Positions 8,697 to 18,532 of a stretch of 64,000 nt of DNA are shown here, one piece after another. The first letter of the stretch is position 1. Every line of letters starts with the position of its first letter. The DNA is taken from positions 62,001-126,000 of IMG/VR virus record IMGVR_UViG_3300045961_000282, one strand, 5' to 3'. The notes under the pieces are model-generated. The model was not told where the DNA came from and did not search any database. It saw only the letters and a list, made by a program, of their open reading frames with translations. The position numbers and the translations under genes are program-made.

Positions 8697-10835
8697 TCAG
8701 CCTGCGACGCGCCCGCCGGTCACGATGACGCGGTAGGTGCCGTCGGTGGCCTCAACGGTCACCGCATTCACACCGGCAGTGCAGACCGCCGCGCCGATGA
8801 AGCAAGCGCCGTCCCGCACCGCCACGATCACATCCTCGGTGCCGAGGTTGTGGGTGAAGGTGCCGGTTCCACCTGAAACGACGACCTGACCACCGACCGT
8901 CACCGCAATGCCTGCGGTAACAACGTCACCTCCAAGGCCCCCTTCAAGGTCACTCTTCAGTGCGAAGTCGGAGAGGTCGATCGCCAGCCCGCTGCCATCC
9001 TGCGACAGGACACCATCGGGATCAGCGATCTTGAGGCTGACGGCCTGCGTGTCAGCGTCGACATCGATCGCGTCCACGCCCGTAGCCGCCTTGTGAGTGT
9101 CGGCAATCGCACCGGAAACCGACCCGGTGGTGGCGTAGCCGCTGAGGTCGATCGCCAGACCCGCAGCGCTCTGCGACAACTCGGACGAAGCGAGATTGAG
9201 GCTAACTTCCTGCGTATCCGGATCCACCTCGATGGCGCTCGCCAGTGCCGCATTGGCGGCCTTATGGCTGTCTGTCGTCAGTTCGGTGATGTTCTGCTCG
9301 ATCGTGGTGATGTTCTGCTCGATCGTGCTGACATCGCCCTCAATGGTGACGACCTTGTTTTCGACCGTCGTGACCCGGTTATCGAGGTTGGTGACATTGG
9401 TCTGCAGGTTGGTGACGTCACCCGCCACGGCCTCGATTTCGTCAGTGAGGTCCTTGACGTACAGGCCCTCACCGGCGTTCAACTTGAGCGCCTGATCGGC
9501 CTCGCCCGACACCTTCACCGCAAGGCTGGAGGTCGGACCGGTCGGGTTGGCAATCGTCAGCGAATCGTTGACGTTGATCGCATTGATGCCCGCCGATGCA
9601 GCGGCCAGTTCCACCCACGCGGTCCCGCTGTAGATGAACGCCGAACCGGTACCGGTGTTGATGTACAGGTCGCCCGCCTGCACGTCAGTGCCGTCGAGTT
9701 GGGCATCGATCTCGGCGCCGTTTGAAGCCGTCCCTGAGTAGGTGTCGGCCAACCGCACTGCCTCAAGGGTCAGATTGAAAACGTCACCGGTCTTGTCGAC
9801 AACGATATAGCCGTCCGTCGTGATGTTGATTTCATCGATCCGCCCGTTGACCGCAGTCTCGACAGCACCTGCGGCAGCGGAAGCGGCGGCGTTCGCGGCG
9901 GTATCACGCGCGGTGGTGTACGCCGGATCGATGCCGACCTCGAACGTACCGTCACCCTTGACGACAGTGGTCTGGCCAGTGACGCCGTTGACGTCAATCT
10001 TGGAAGCAGCACCGGTGGCGATCTGGGTTCCCAACCAATCGGTGTCGATGCCGACGGCGAAGTTGCCACCGAGGGTCCCGCCACCCGTCAGGCCGGTGCC
10101 TGCGGTGACCGTGGTGGTCTTGTCGGCCTTGTTGGTATCGAGCAAGCCCTCGGCCGCCGTGGCGCGGTCGATCTCGGCCTGCAATGCCGACTGGTCGGCC
10201 TTAGCGGCGACGGTCGCCTTGAAAGCGGCGTCGAGACCGACGGTGTAGACGCCGCCAGTCTCACTGACGCCAATCTCACCGCCCACGCCCTGAACGTCGA
10301 TGTTGCCGACGGAGGCCTCAAGGTCGGTGACCTTGTCTTCCAGATCGGTGAGAGCGCCCGACAGATCCTCGACGAAGACGCCGTCCGAACTCACTACCAC
10401 GGCGTTGCCCTCGGTCGGACCAGCGACCACCGACACCACATCGGGGTCACCGCCTGTGCCCTCGACGATGGCGATGCCGTCACCGGCTTCGAGGTTGTTG
10501 GCAGAGAGTTCGGTGATCTTGTCATCGATCCACGTCTCGCTGACCTGAACCTCATTGTCCCCACTGAACTCAAGACCCACGCCGATAGCAACATCAAGCA
10601 TCAGATCATCTGCAAGGTCGCCGCCGCCCGTCAGGCCGCGACCCGTGTCGACCTTGCGAGTGTCAGGAACGTATCCATCGAGGGCACCACCCTCGCCCGT
10701 GATGCCCTCAAGGGCCTCGCCGATGGCATCGGTCAACTGCCCGAGGTTGACGGCCTCGTCGCTCGCCTCTGCGGCGAGTAGGCCCTCGATCTTGTGGTTG
10801 GTGAGGTCGAGATCTACGTAGAACTTCTGTGCCAT
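8697..10835 (-). CDS. Long fibre protein (coiled coil, AGTGLTGGG repeats, C-terminal HNLG domain)
   Basis: Start moved to MAQKFYVDL. TGxGLTGGGxL repeats, heptad run VTNLQTNVTNLDNRVTTVE..., C-terminal THNLGTEDVIV. Confidence 0.75.
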   Translation of the reverse strand: MAQKFYVDLDLTNHKIEGLLAAEASDEAVNLGQLTDAIGEALEGITGEGGALDGYVPDTRKVDTGRGLTGGGDLADDLMLDVAIGVGLEFSGDNEVQVSETWIDDKITELSANNLEAGDGIAIVEGTGGDPDVVSVVAGPTEGNAVVVSSDGVFVEDLSGALTDLEDKVTDLEASVGNIDVQGVGGEIGVSETGGVYTVGLDAAFKATVAAKADQSALQAEIDRATAAEGLLDTNKADKTTTVTAGTGLTGGGTLGGNFAVGIDTDWLGTQIATGAASKIDVNGVTGQTTVVKGDGTFEVGIDPAYTTARDTAANAAASAAAGAVETAVNGRIDEINITTDGYIVVDKTGDVFNLTLEAVRLADTYSGTASNGAEIDAQLDGTDVQAGDLYINTGTGSAFIYSGTAWVELAAASAGINAINVNDSLTIANPTGPTSSLAVKVSGEADQALKLNAGEGLYVKDLTDEIEAVAGDVTNLQTNVTNLDNRVTTVENKVVTIEGDVSTIEQNITTIEQNITELTTDSHKAANAALASAIEVDPDTQEVSLNLASSELSQSAAGLAIDLSGYATTGSVSGAIADTHKAATGVDAIDVDADTQAVSLKIADPDGVLSQDGSGLAIDLSDFALKSDLEGGLGGDVVTAGIAVTVGGQVVVSGGTGTFTHNLGTEDVIVAVRDGACFIGAAVCTAGVNAVTVEATDGTYRVIVTGGRVAG

Positions 10836-10869
10836 GTCTGTGTGCCCTTTCAAGGGGTGAACGTGCCGT

Positions 10870-10913
10870 GTCGCAGTGTCGCTTGCCCGCGGGGGCACAC
10901 AGTCGCAGTGTCG
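10870..10913. repeat. 12-bp direct repeat GTCGCAGTGTCG x2 in a divergent intergenic region
   Basis: Exact copies at 10870-10881 and 10902-10913, a 32-bp period. Confidence 0.7.
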
Positions 10914-11093
10914 TTCGCTACAAGTAGGGGGTCCTGCCGCTGGCAGTCTAGCCACGCAGCGCCGCGCCGAACGGGGAAATCCGCGGGAATCCTGCGCGGC
11001 CCGCTGCCCTGTTATGCTCCCGCGGCGCGGCGGGAATCCGTGGACGGATCGGTAGGGTGCCGCGCATCATGTCGGCGGTGGAGGGAGCCCTCG

Positions 11094-11480
11094 TTGAACC
11101 TGAACAACCTGCCCGGATGGACCACGCCACTGGTCGACGACGGCTGGGTGGGCGAGGACCAGAAGTTCCCGACCGCGCGGCAGGTGGTGTGCTGGACCGA
11201 CTGCCCGACCTGCGGGGCGCAGCGCGGCACGTATTGTTCAGCGGGGCTGGTGGTCAAGAAGACCGGCGAGATGCTCGACCTCGCGGCGTGGGTGGCCAGC
11301 AACGAGGGCAAGGCCGCGGCGGCACCGTCGTGCGCGCTGCGCCGCCAGCGGGCGCGCGGCGAACTGCGCAAGCGGATCAACGCCGAGAAGCGCCGCCTCA
11401 AGCAGATCGAGAAGGCGATGGACTGGTACTACGCCGAGCGCAACAAGCGCCGCGGGGATCAGACCGAGGCCCTCTTCTGA
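11094..11480 (+). CDS. Zinc-finger protein
   Basis: TTG start after GGAGGGAG. CPTCGAQRGTYC...SCALRR motif and a basic helical tail. Confidence 0.65.
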   Translation: MNLNNLPGWTTPLVDDGWVGEDQKFPTARQVVCWTDCPTCGAQRGTYCSAGLVVKKTGEMLDLAAWVASNEGKAAAAPSCALRRQRARGELRKRINAEKRRLKQIEKAMDWYYAERNKRRGDQTEALF

Positions 11481-11633
11481 GCCCGGTGGGCGGCGAAGAA
11501 CTCCGGCGGGGCGCACTCGATGTGGATCGCCCCCACGCCTTCCCAGACAACGGCGGGTTCCCCGCATACCCTGCAAGGACCACGACGATCCAGCCACTGC
11601 GGTCGGATGATCGGCATGAGAGGAACCCTAGCG

Positions 11634-12527
11634 ATGCCCAGTGACATCCGGATCGATCAAGCGCCGCGCAGCGGCGGCTATGACCTGACCGTGCGGGTGA
11701 CCGGCGAGGAGATGCGCGCGTGGAAGGACGCCGCGCGGCGCAACGGGATGGGCATGGCGCAGTGGATCTCCCTGAGCCTGACACTGGCCGAGAAGATGGC
11801 GCTGGTCGACGGCCACCAGCGCAACCCCGCCATCGGGCGCAAGATCGACCCGGTGCTGGCCAAGGCGATCGCACAGGCGGCCAAGGGCCAGCCGTGGGAG
11901 CACCGCGCGATGCTGCTGCTGGGAATCGGCGCGGAGTCCGATGAGGTCAAGACGCCGGTCAAGCGCAGCGGGCGCATTCCGGTGGAACTGACCGACCTGT
12001 TCGCCGAGTACGGCATCCCCTACCGCGACGTGGCGCCCAACTACTTCGCGGTGCTCGGCGACTGGGTGCTGTCGTGGCAGGAACTGGCGCTGGTGCTCAC
12101 CATCTGGCGCGAGGTGCAGTTCGACTGGTCGTTCATGACCGTCAAGCGGTTGCAGGAACTGGCCGGGATGACCACCCGCGACACCAAGAAGGCCATGGAG
12201 CGCGCGGTGGCCCAAGGCGTCGTGGAGCGCGAACCCTTGGATCTGGGCCGGGGCAACGGGCGTTCGTCGATGCGCACGCGGGTGGCCAAGGCAGCGGGCG
12301 AGGCCCTGCTGCGCGGCGAGATCCGCCCGGCCACGGTGGATGACTCCTTCAGTGAGAGTTACCTCACCGCGCAGTCGATGGTGTCGGCCTACGCCGACGG
12401 GTCCGAGGTCGACCCGCTGCTGCTCAAGGCCGCCCGGCAGGTGGCCGAGACCACCTCGCGGCCCACGGCCTCGGCGGTGATCAGCCGCTACCTCGAAGCC
12501 AAGGAAGCCAGTCAGTCGACGACCTGA
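11634..12527 (+). CDS. DNA-binding regulator (RHH-like N-terminus plus winged HTH)
   Basis: ATG after GAGAGGA. LTVRVTGEEMRAWKDAARRNGMGMAQWI is RHH-like; LSWQELALVLTIW...TVKRLQELAGMTTRDTKKAMERAVAQGVV is wHTH-like. Confidence 0.65.
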   Translation: MPSDIRIDQAPRSGGYDLTVRVTGEEMRAWKDAARRNGMGMAQWISLSLTLAEKMALVDGHQRNPAIGRKIDPVLAKAIAQAAKGQPWEHRAMLLLGIGAESDEVKTPVKRSGRIPVELTDLFAEYGIPYRDVAPNYFAVLGDWVLSWQELALVLTIWREVQFDWSFMTVKRLQELAGMTTRDTKKAMERAVAQGVVEREPLDLGRGNGRSSMRTRVAKAAGEALLRGEIRPATVDDSFSESYLTAQSMVSAYADGSEVDPLLLKAARQVAETTSRPTASAVISRYLEAKEASQSTT

Positions 12528-12997
12528 ACGCTCCACGCCTCGGCCAGCGCCCGGTCCTTGACCGCCGCCTGCTCGACCAGCCGGGCGGCCACCTTGGTCA
12601 CGTACTGCTGCTCGCCGTTGCTGCGCTGCAACGCCTTGAGCACGCCGGGGGCGTCCTTGATGATCGCTGCCCAGTGCCGCGGTTGCTCCGGGCACACCGG
12701 CCCATCCGGGTCAGGATGGCATTCCTCGCACGGCACCCCGCCGGTCGGCGGGGTGCCGACCTCCAGCCGGTTGCGACTGACCACATCGCAACTGGGGGAG
12801 TGGTACAGCGTCGAGTGCCCGACGCGCGCCAGCACGTAGGAGCCGCCGGTCGAGCGGTACAGGGAGAAGGAGATCCACCTGTGCGCGCCGTTGCGTCGCG
12901 AGTCGCTGCTGGCCAGCAACTGCCCGGTGAACCGGTACACCTGACCGTTGCCCGCAGGGATCGCGAACGGAGTCGTTGAGTCGTCTACTGTCATCAT
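12512..12997 (-). CDS. Hypothetical phage protein with a Cys cluster
   Basis: ATGA-coupled start MMTVDDS. RFTGQLLAS...RWISFSLYRSTGGSYVL pattern and CEEC. Overlaps the + strand gene by 16 nt. Confidence 0.65.
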   Translation of the reverse strand: MMTVDDSTTPFAIPAGNGQVYRFTGQLLASSDSRRNGAHRWISFSLYRSTGGSYVLARVGHSTLYHSPSCDVVSRNRLEVGTPPTGGVPCEECHPDPDGPVCPEQPRHWAAIIKDAPGVLKALQRSNGEQQYVTKVAARLVEQAAVKDRALAEAWSVQVVD

Positions 12998-14496
12998 GTC
13001 ATCCGATACTGAGTGGTCACTTCCACCTTGAGTCCCTTGATATCCAAATAACTGGCCTTCTGCGACCGAAAAACGGGACGAACTTGGTAGTCGCCGATGG
13101 CATCGAGCACGAACGGGACGTCGACCTCGATCTTGCGAGCCGCCCCCTGCCACTGAGTGGAACCCAGCACGTCCTCGAGTTTGCTGATCATGTAGTAGCC
13201 GCTGCCCCCGGAGTCGATGACCTGCTGGCCGTCCACATCGATCGTCGCGCCGCCGACGACCTCGACCGCGACGTCGACCGTCCCCTCGGGGTCGATCACC
13301 AGTTCCTCGGCGATCGGAACCGGCGTGCCGGGCAGCGTCACGTTGCGGATCTCGATGGCCATGTCGGCCACACCTGCCGGGTCGGTCTCCAGTTCCGGCA
13401 TCGCGCGGACTGCGGGGTCCGGCGGCGGCTTGATCTTCTTGACCTCGATGGTTGCGGTCAGCCGGGCGTAGACCATCGACTTCGGCGAGTAGTTGCGGAT
13501 GTAGAGGATCATCGCGATCTCGTCAGGCTTGGGCTTGTCTGGGTTGTAGGACGTGATGCTGCCGCTACCGATGCTGTGCCACCCGCCGTCGACCTGCAGT
13601 TCGAGGTCGAACGGGGAGGTCGCCCGGATGGCGGGCCCCTCGGCCCACGCCGACTCCCTGCCGGTGCGCAGGGCCGGTGAGTAGCGCGAGATGGCGATGT
13701 AGCCGGGGCTGCCGTCGGGCTTCTTGTCCCAGACGTACAGGGTCTTGGAGTCCGGCAGCCACAGCAACTGCCCCGGTCGCCCAGACACGCCTGCAGTCGA
13801 CTGCCCGCCGACCACCTTGGCCACCGAGGGAATCGTGCTCCATCCGTCCCTGTCGCGCTGGTACAGGACGTTCTCCTCGACCGAGAACGCCATGGAACCA
13901 TACGGAGCGTTGCCCGCCGTGGCACCGATCTCGGAGATGCTCCCGCCCACCAGCAACGTCCCGCCGAGCGCTGCGGTGTAGGTGCGGGCATCGGTGACCT
14001 TCACGTCGGCGTTGGCCGTCCCGGGGATGGTCACCTTGGCCAACGGCAGCCAGTTCTTTGCTGGCTGGGTCGTCTTCGCCACGATGCTCCACGCGCCGGG
14101 GGTGACGGTCGATCCACCCGCTTCCGGGTCGGAGATCTCGATGCCGACGAAGGCCGTGGTATCCACGTTGGGAACGTAGGCGGGCAGCACGGGCTGCTGC
14201 GGCCCATCAACGATCACGACGTATACTCCGGCGATCCCCTGCACCGCCGAATCCCCGGGGACGAAGGCAACCCCGGTGTTCACGCTGATCTTGGCTCCCG
14301 AGCCCGTCACCCGCAACGCCGTCTCCCCCAAGGAGTCGACCCCCTGCGGGCGCACGCCGGGCCGCGGGGACATCGGGACCAGACCCGACCCCGACTTCCC
14401 GCCGGGGGTCAGCAGGGCCCCGGTGTGGCTGCGGTCGAGCCGTGCAGGATAGATGCCGTCCTGCACGAACAGCGGCGGGTTGGCGTTGCTTGGCAT
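12994..14496 (-). CDS. Minor tail / baseplate protein
   Basis: 500 aa. Position after the tail tip genes. N-terminal YPARLDR...GVRP...LRVT...VNTGVAFV and PLAKVTIP...VTDART patterns are typical of actinophage minor tail proteins. Confidence 0.7.
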   Translation of the reverse strand: MPSNANPPLFVQDGIYPARLDRSHTGALLTPGGKSGSGLVPMSPRPGVRPQGVDSLGETALRVTGSGAKISVNTGVAFVPGDSAVQGIAGVYVVIVDGPQQPVLPAYVPNVDTTAFVGIEISDPEAGGSTVTPGAWSIVAKTTQPAKNWLPLAKVTIPGTANADVKVTDARTYTAALGGTLLVGGSISEIGATAGNAPYGSMAFSVEENVLYQRDRDGWSTIPSVAKVVGGQSTAGVSGRPGQLLWLPDSKTLYVWDKKPDGSPGYIAISRYSPALRTGRESAWAEGPAIRATSPFDLELQVDGGWHSIGSGSITSYNPDKPKPDEIAMILYIRNYSPKSMVYARLTATIEVKKIKPPPDPAVRAMPELETDPAGVADMAIEIRNVTLPGTPVPIAEELVIDPEGTVDVAVEVVGGATIDVDGQQVIDSGGSGYYMISKLEDVLGSTQWQGAARKIEVDVPFVLDAIGDYQVRPVFRSQKASYLDIKGLKVEVTTQYRMT

Positions 14497-14511
14497 GGGG
14501 ATCCTCCTGCG

Positions 14512-15249
14512 CTACAGCGGCGTCGGCGGGCTGGGGGCCTGCAGGCCCGGGGTCGTGGTGATCGGGCCGTAGTCGTCGACCCCGAGGATCGCGATGCCGA
14601 ACTCCGCGGGCACCAGATCGCGGATGGCCCACTTGTTTGGCTCCACCTCGACGCCGCGGGTGAACACCATCGGGTACACGTCGGGCGGCACCGGCTCAAG
14701 GGCGTCGATGTAGAGGTCGGGGTCGTAGACCACGTGGTCGAAGCCGATCCACCCGGTCAGTGGAACGTTCTGCGACGGGCGGGCGATGACGTCGGCGTAG
14801 ATGACGTGCTGCGTCCGGGTGGTTCCATCGATGTCGACGTATGGTTCGCTCTGCAGGAACGGCTGGACGTCCACCCGCACCACGCCCGGCGCGCCGCCGA
14901 CGCTGGAGCACGGGGCCAACGTGCTGACCCACGCCCGGTAGGTGGTGCCGTTGCCCAGCGGGGCGCACAGCCCCGGCAACCGCAGCACTGTCGTGCCGTT
15001 GGCCACGGACCCCGGGAACTGCACGCGCCCGCGCAACTCGATGCGCCCGTCGTTGAGTTTGCGCCACGCAGGCTCGCCGCCGTCCAGTTCGCTGGCGCCC
15101 GGGATCAGGGTCTGCACCCCGCGCCGCCACGCCCGCCGCCCGGTGCCGCGCTCGCGCGACTCGGCCTCGCTGAGGCGGCGCTCCAAGCGGTCGATGTGAT
15201 CCTCAAGGGTGATGGGGGAGATGGGCCCACCGATCATGCCGCCGCTCAT
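14512..15249 (-). CDS. Minor tail protein
   Basis: ATGA-coupled. N-terminal coiled coil IDRLERRLSEAE followed by a GRIELRG...VLRLP..AP beta domain. Confidence 0.65.
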   Translation of the reverse strand: MSGGMIGGPISPITLEDHIDRLERRLSEAESRERGTGRRAWRRGVQTLIPGASELDGGEPAWRKLNDGRIELRGRVQFPGSVANGTTVLRLPGLCAPLGNGTTYRAWVSTLAPCSSVGGAPGVVRVDVQPFLQSEPYVDIDGTTRTQHVIYADVIARPSQNVPLTGWIGFDHVVYDPDLYIDALEPVPPDVYPMVFTRGVEVEPNKWAIRDLVPAEFGIAILGVDDYGPITTTPGLQAPSPPTPL

Positions 15250-16727
15250 GGCCGACTGCCCCCCCACCCGCCAGTGCCGACGGCCCGGTGGGTGCCGTCC
15301 GAGGTCCGCAGGTACCGCAGGCCCTCGGAGTCCGACCCGGTGTCGACCTCGGGTGTCGGGGTGGTCTCCTCGACCGACTGGTCCTCCTCGTCGGGGCCGA
15401 TGTAGGGGTTGCGGGAGTTGATCGTGATCTCAGGCTTGACGTCCTCGATGCCGTCGTCGTTGGGGGTCACCGTGATGCCGCCGATCACGACGTACAGGTC
15501 CTCGGGGCGCACGTCGGACCCGGCGAAGATGTCGTCCTCGATCTTGATGCCGATCTCGTCGCCCATGAAGTATTGCTCGGTCCCGGGTGGGCCGAAGGTC
15601 GGCGGAAGGTCGGGATGCACAGTCAGGTCGAACTCGCCGACCGGCGGGTCGAAGGCCCGCAGGTACTTGGCTGCGTGCGACTCCATCGTGGCCTTGCTGC
15701 TGACCGTGGAGTGCGTGTAGGCCACGTCGATCAGCGGCCACCCCTCGTTGAGACGCTGCTGGTTGTAGAGCACCGCGTAGGCGCGCAGGTCGCCCTCGCC
15801 CGCGCCGAGCACGTAGGCCGCAGTCGCCGACTTGTCCGCATCGGCGGTCCATGAGTAGGACAGCATGTTGGCCGGGAATTCCCAGATGAACCCGGTCTCG
15901 AGGAACGGGCGGCCGAACCGCGGCCACGCGAACTCGATACGCCGGTCGACGCCGGAGATCGAGGTGGACCCCTCGGGCGCCTGCGCCACCGTGGCGTACC
16001 ACTCGAAGCCGTCCTTGAGCCCGGCGAGGGTCTCCAGATGCTCGCCGTAGGTGCGGAAGTCCCACTTCATGAACGACCGCCCCCGCTTGACCGTGTTGCG
16101 CGGCGTCGGACTGAGCAGCACGTGGATGTCGGAGTTGGGCCGCGGCGGCAGTTGGGCGGTTCCCAGCATGCCGCCCAGATACTCGCTTCGGTTCCCGCTC
16201 ATGTGGTCCCACAGCACCCGGAACATGTCGATCTGGTCGGTGCCCTCGATCGGCGGGTTCTTGGTCATGTCGCGGATGAACATCAGGTCCTGATCGAGGA
16301 TGCGGTGGTACATGTACGAATCGAAGGTGTCGCCCTCGATCTTGACCACCCGCTCCCCCGAGGACAGCGTGCGCTTCCACAGGATGCCGCCCCAGATCGG
16401 CACGCCGTCGCGGAACACGTAGACCACCGAGCGCCCGGGCGTCGTGGCCGTCATGTAGTCGCGCACCCGCGAGAACACCGGCACCGGCAGGTCGGCGGAG
16501 AACGTGCCGGGCTTCTTGATCGACCATGAGAACTGCACGTTGCGCAGCGGCAACTCCGCGATGGGGACGTCGGTGAACAGGTCGCACGCGACGTAGACGT
16601 ACTCGTGCCTCCGCCCATCCAGCGGCAGGCGACGGCCCAGCACGCTCGCCGGGGTTGCCCGCCCGACATCCACACCGACCTGCATCGGTGCAGACCACGT
16701 GCCCTCGACGCGACTGGACCCCGGCAT
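15246..16727 (-). CDS. Minor tail protein (tail-hub / ReqiPepy6 gp37-like)
   Basis: TGATG-coupled. IAELPL..VQFS....PGTFS, RDGVPIWGGILWKR, WEFPANM and AYVLGAGEG motifs; second gene after the tape measure. Confidence 0.75.
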   Translation of the reverse strand: MPGSSRVEGTWSAPMQVGVDVGRATPASVLGRRLPLDGRRHEYVYVACDLFTDVPIAELPLRNVQFSWSIKKPGTFSADLPVPVFSRVRDYMTATTPGRSVVYVFRDGVPIWGGILWKRTLSSGERVVKIEGDTFDSYMYHRILDQDLMFIRDMTKNPPIEGTDQIDMFRVLWDHMSGNRSEYLGGMLGTAQLPPRPNSDIHVLLSPTPRNTVKRGRSFMKWDFRTYGEHLETLAGLKDGFEWYATVAQAPEGSTSISGVDRRIEFAWPRFGRPFLETGFIWEFPANMLSYSWTADADKSATAAYVLGAGEGDLRAYAVLYNQQRLNEGWPLIDVAYTHSTVSSKATMESHAAKYLRAFDPPVGEFDLTVHPDLPPTFGPPGTEQYFMGDEIGIKIEDDIFAGSDVRPEDLYVVIGGITVTPNDDGIEDVKPEITINSRNPYIGPDEEDQSVEETTPTPEVDTGSDSEGLRYLRTSDGTHRAVGTGGWGGSRP

Positions 16728-18532
16728 CAGGACCCCATCCAGCCAGAGCGGTAGACCACCCAGCACTGGGTAGCGTCAAGGTCATCCGTGGTCGGCGGGT
16801 TGTTGGCAGGATCGACAGCGCCGTTGGCGTGGAACGTCAACTCGTTGTCGCCCTGCTGCAGGTAGATCCACGGGCTGGACAGTTTGAGCATCCACCGCCG
16901 GTTCTCGCCGTTGATGTCGTGCTGGTACATGTCGTCAACCATCACGTCTGCGGCCTGCCGCAGCACGACGGTGCGCCAGTAGCAGTCGACGATCAGCACC
17001 TCGCCGGTACGGATCGATCCTTGGAACGCCATGGTCTGGTTGGTGGTCCGATTGACGATCTTCGAATCGGTGGCGGGTCCGAAGATGTAGAACCGCGGCC
17101 ACACGTTGGTGGTGCCCTTGTTGACCGCAGGAAGGTAGGGATCGAACTCGACCGAACCATACGCTCGCCCGGGAGTCGGCGTGTAGCGCTGGTTGTGGCC
17201 CTCATCCTCGACGAGGTAGTCGCGGCCGTCGGTGGTTCCGTTGACCTTGATGTACTTGCGGTCCAACCCCCGTGCCCCCGACAGGTACTTCACCGGGTCC
17301 ACAGCCTTCAACTGCACCTCGAACTCAGTGCGACCGGTGCCGTCAAGGGTGTCGACCTTGGGCTGGTCGGACAGCCAGACCCACGCCTGCTTGGGCCACG
17401 GACCCTGCTCCCAGTCATGGAGCCCCTGATAGTCGAAGAACTCGACGTTGTTGCCCATCGGCTCCTTGGCCACGAACAGCGCGCCCGTGCGCACCGCATC
17501 GAGGGCGCGCAGCAGCCGCAGCCGCGGGACGGCCACCGACACCCCGCGGCCCGGCGTGAACGCCCCGCGCAGGGTGATGATGCGTGGCTCGTAGCGCCCG
17601 TCGATGGGGAACGACCCGTTGAGGTACCCCGGGCGCGGCAGGTCGGGCAGCGCGGGCGGCGGCAGGGTCCACCAGCCGTCGATGTCCAGCAGGCTCCAGC
17701 GGGTGCCGTCGGGGTCGGTGTAGTTCAGCAGCAGGGTGTCGGGTTCGTTCCAGACGTTGACCTCGGGAACATCCCAGTACGGCGCGACGGCGTTGTTGTT
17801 GATCAGGAAGACGTCCGATGCCTCGCAGGGCCCCGGCTTGGCCCAGAAGTCGTCGGACTCCGTCGGCGGCGGCTTGATGATCTCGCCGGTCCAGCGCAAC
17901 AGCAGAGCGGCATGGAACCACGGCCCCTGCCCGACCGAGCCGACGGTGTACTCCTGCTTGTTCCACGCATAGGCCGTGATCAGATCCGCAGGATCGGAGA
18001 CCTGCCCCTTGAGCGCGACGTGTCCGACGTCGTCCTTCCGGATGGTCGGCGGCTGGCCCTTTGAAGCGAAGATCCCGACGTAGGCCCGACGCTCATCCGT
18101 CCCCGACTCCAGCAGATCCAAGTTCCCTTCGCCATCGACCTGCGCGATCGTCATGCCGCTCATCGGCCGCCCATCGGCGTTGCGCACGAACGGCCCCGAC
18201 ATGGCCATCCCCAACGCCCGCCACTTGACCGGGTTGATCGGCGACGGGCTCAGGCGCAGCACGAGATCGTTCTGGATCGGCCCCTCGGCAACAAGGACAA
18301 CGGCAGTTTGTCCCGCGAGGGTCGAACCGTCCTCTGCACCCAACTGCCCATACTTGACGAATGACCCGGATCGCACCGAGACCTCAACCTCTGCGTCGAG
18401 GGTCAGCATGATCAGGTTCGCCAGCGAGTTGTAGGCCAGTTCGGAGACGTTGATCCGGATCTCTCCATCGATCGTCTGCCCGATGAAACTGGCCGTCGAC
18501 TGGACGATGTTGTTGACCGTCACGGTGCTCAT
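16727..18532 (-). CDS. Distal tail (Dit-like) protein with an N-terminal extension
   Basis: Directly after the tape measure. IDGWWTLPP...RYEPRIITLRG, QLKAVDPVKY, NKGTTNVWP...GPA and LQQGDNEL...YRSGW motifs. Confidence 0.75.
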   Translation of the reverse strand: MSTVTVNNIVQSTASFIGQTIDGEIRINVSELAYNSLANLIMLTLDAEVEVSVRSGSFVKYGQLGAEDGSTLAGQTAVVLVAEGPIQNDLVLRLSPSPINPVKWRALGMAMSGPFVRNADGRPMSGMTIAQVDGEGNLDLLESGTDERRAYVGIFASKGQPPTIRKDDVGHVALKGQVSDPADLITAYAWNKQEYTVGSVGQGPWFHAALLLRWTGEIIKPPPTESDDFWAKPGPCEASDVFLINNNAVAPYWDVPEVNVWNEPDTLLLNYTDPDGTRWSLLDIDGWWTLPPPALPDLPRPGYLNGSFPIDGRYEPRIITLRGAFTPGRGVSVAVPRLRLLRALDAVRTGALFVAKEPMGNNVEFFDYQGLHDWEQGPWPKQAWVWLSDQPKVDTLDGTGRTEFEVQLKAVDPVKYLSGARGLDRKYIKVNGTTDGRDYLVEDEGHNQRYTPTPGRAYGSVEFDPYLPAVNKGTTNVWPRFYIFGPATDSKIVNRTTNQTMAFQGSIRTGEVLIVDCYWRTVVLRQAADVMVDDMYQHDINGENRRWMLKLSSPWIYLQQGDNELTFHANGAVDPANNPPTTDDLDATQCWVVYRSGWMGS

